Shown here: positions 61,598-64,000 of the stretch, one piece after another | Position numbering within the stretch: the stretch's first letter is position 1 | Layout of the letters: each line of letters opens with the position of its first letter | Assembly: GCA_965178125.1 (NCBI GenBank) | Contig: OZ237753.1 | Location: forward strand, 930,001-994,000 | Direction of reading: 5' to 3' | DNA: 64,000 bases | From: Bilabrum cf. latius | Lineage: Eukaryota | Notes under the pieces: generated by a model | Seen by the model: only the letters and a program-made list of their open reading frames with translations | What the model was told of the DNA's origin: nothing | Databases searched by the model: none | Program-made: the position numbers and the translations under genes

Positions 61598-64000
61598 TCA
61601 GAAATCCTTGAAGTGGTCCTGCGGGCCGCTGTACGGCGTGACCGGCTCGTCCTCATACTCGTCGGGGAAGCAGCTCGTGTCGAAGGGGTTCTTGAGCTTG
61701 GGCACCCACGGCGCCCTCATCTTCTTGGTCTGCAGCTGGATCCAGTCGATGTCCTTGGCAAACCACCGGTGGTTCATGATGTCCTTGCTCCCGTTGCGCT
61801 TGCAACCCAAGCGGTTCGTCACCTTGGCCACAAGGAGCTTAGCGATAAGGTCCTTGGCGTCCCTGTCCCGCATCCAGCTGGGCCACGAGAGCCGCCCCCT
61901 CACGATGGCCTTGCAGATCTTCATCTGGTCAGAGCCGCCGGAGCTGTCGGCGAAAGGGGAGTACCCCACCAGCATCTCGTAGATGAGCACGCCGGTGGCC
62001 CAGTGGTCCACGCCCGCGCCGTGGCCCTTGCCCAGCACCAGCTCGGGGGCAAGGTACTCGGGAGTACCGCACAGCGTGTACGTCTTGCTGCCCGCCGCCA
62101 GCTTCTTGGCGAAACCCATGTCTACGATCTTGATGAAGCCCTGCGCGTCCAGGAGAAGGTTCTCGGGCTTGAGATCCCTGTAGACGATGCTCTTCTCGTG
62201 CATGGCGGCGAGCCCTGCAATGGTGCAGGCCGCGTAGAACTTGGCGTGGTCCGAGGGCAGGCAGCCCGTCTCCTGGTTGGACAGCAGCGTGAACAGCTCG
62301 CCCCCCTGGACCAGCTCCAGCAGCATGAACAGAGAGTCCTTGTCCTGGAAGGTTTGGATCAGGCCCAGCACGAAGGGGTGGTTAATCTGCGCCAACACGT
62401 CCCTCTCGTACTAGATGTTCTTGACCTGGCCGTACTCCACGACCTGAGCCTTCTGCAGCACCTTGAGTGCCATGGCCTCGCCGGAGGGACCGTGCCGGAT
62501 CAGCTTCACCTTGCCGAAAGTGCCCGCGCCCAGGATGCGGATCTGCTCCAGGTCGCTGAACCGGATGTCCGTGCGCAGCCTGGACGTGGTGGTGTCCCCA
62601 TCCGCGCCCTCACCCGCCGCTCCAGCCGCCGAGGTCGTCTCCTTTGGCTTGCCCTTCCTGGCCTGCACCTTGGCTAGAGACACGCCCACCGCCCGCTCGA
62701 AAGTGGGCTTATCGATGGCCAGCACCGCGGTCTTGTCCTCCGTGGCAGTGGCGGAGGGCACCCTGGAGCCGCCCGAGCCCATGAGCGCCTCGAGGCCGAA
62801 GCAAGCACCCGCCTCCACCTTCACGCCGCCGTCCAGCTGCACCGCGCCCTGCTTCACCACCATGAAGAGACCGTGACCCGCGGCGCCCCCAGGCTGCACC
62901 ACCTCCCCCGCGGCGAATTCCCTACCCACGAGCGCCGCCACCATGCGCTCCTTCTCCTTGTCGCCCAGGTTGGCCAGCTGGGCCTCCGTGCTCACCACGC
63001 GGATGCCCAGGTTGTGGTCCAGCACCTCCTTCAAGGGACCCAGCAGCTCCGTGAATGCCTTCCGGTCCAGCACCATGCACTTGCAGCTCTCCGCGGCCAC
63101 CACGTCGGCCGCCCTCGGCTCGTCCAGGAGCAGAGCCCTCTCGCCGAAGTAAGCACCCGTGGGCAGGGCGAGTTCCTTCCCCTCCGCGCCGATGTTCTTG
63201 CACATGACGCTTCCCTCCTGCAGCATGTAGAACTCCTGCGCCTTGTCTCCGCTCTCGCCCTTGGTGATGATCGTGTCACCGGGCTTGAAGGTCCTCATCT
63301 GCACCGCGTCCGCCACCTGGGCCACCTGCGAGTCAGTGAGGCTCTCCAGGAGGGGTACCTTGCGGAGGCTGGCCACAACCTGCGCCTGCTGGTCCTCCTT
63401 CGTCGAGGCGATCATGTAGCGGAAGGTCACTCGGTCCAGCGCCCACACCCGCGCGGGACCCGCCGCCACCACCGAGGCCGCCCTGGGAGCGTTGTAGAGG
63501 AGCGCCAGCTCCCCGAATGCGTCGCCCACAGTGCGGGAGGCCACCTTGTTGTCGCCCACGAAGATGTCGAAGACGCCCTCCTCCACGACGTACCACTCGT
63601 TCCCGTGGTCTCCCTGCTTGATGATGGCTTCTCCCTTGCTCAGCTTCTTCTCCTTCATGGCCATCACCACGTCCTCGATCTCAGAGGCAGACAGGGAGCT
63701 GAACAAAAAGCCCGCCGCGCCGTCCGGGGACAGAGTCTTGCGGATGATAGACTTGCTGGCCTCTCCCTTGGGATAGACAGGGAGCTTGAAATCCTCTCGT
63801 CGGCTAGCATCGTAAGACTCGGCCATGATCACGCCGCGCTTCTTCTTTGCCTTGCCCGAGGCAGCCCCGCCGGCGGCACCGCTCGGTCGCTTCGCACCGG
63901 CACTGCTCAATCGCTTCGAGCCGGCCGGTGGCTCCCACTGCGTCAAATTCTTCTCTTCGTTCCAGAAAAACACGTCTCCAGACTGCTCGTCAACCTCCTC
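61598..64000 (-). CDS. Cyclic-nucleotide-dependent protein kinase (PKG-like): WW domain, three CNB domains and AGC kinase; 5' end outside the window
   Basis: FFWN..TQWEPP (WW), FGELALLYNAPRAASV, FGERALLLDEPRAADV, GAGTFGKV, YRDLKPEN, DMGFAK, TLCGTPEYLAPE. The kinase domain continues across TAG 62411; TGA 61598. Confidence 0.92.

Noticed and set aside
1-64000. Region-wide pseudogenisation or sequencing error as the cause of internal stops
   Set aside because: All interruptions are the same codon, there are no frameshifts, catalytic motifs are intact and TAG falls on Gln columns.
1-64000. TAG as pyrrolysine, Leu, or programmed readthrough
   Set aside because: TAG is too frequent, has no shared downstream context, and occurs in polar, coiled-coil and poly-Q contexts (QQQR*HHQQQQ) and at conserved Gln sites.
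1-64000. Recoded phage or prokaryotic origin (TAG=Gln phages)
   Set aside because: Spliceosomal introns and eukaryote-specific genes (CFAP47, CWC27, NEK, CARM1) are present throughout.
1-64000. tRNA-Gln(CUA), eRF1 or rRNA genes in the window
   Set aside because: None recognised by eye; a tRNAscan-SE run is needed to exclude a tRNA in the intergenic gaps.

Overview
This is gene-dense, GC-rich nuclear DNA from a flagellated unicellular eukaryote. Evidence for that: short GT-AG introns, CFAP47 and outer-dynein-arm docking genes, Spo11. The style suggests a heterotrophic stramenopile or similar protist, which is inference only. I can assemble about 26 protein-coding genes. The main signal is a non-standard genetic code. 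TAG does not terminate translation: about 90 in-frame TAGs (manual count) interrupt 24 of the 26 gene models, and the frame and homology continue past each one. At diagnostic positions TAG replaces Gln: Uba4/MoeB RYSR*, MRH-domain VR*LH and TC*Y, ankyrin GHTECV*LL. Every model whose 3' end lies in the window ends at TGA (most) or TAA (two). UAG therefore appears to be Gln while UAA remains a stop, a rare decoupling. The supplied ORF track is fragmented for this reason, and CDS coordinates below were re-derived by reading TAG as Gln. Secondary observations include a split saposin domain with a large repeat insert, a DHHC-like protein with DHFA, a bacterial-type glycoside hydrolase carrying an intron, a WW-CNB-kinase fusion and tandem duplications over stop codons.
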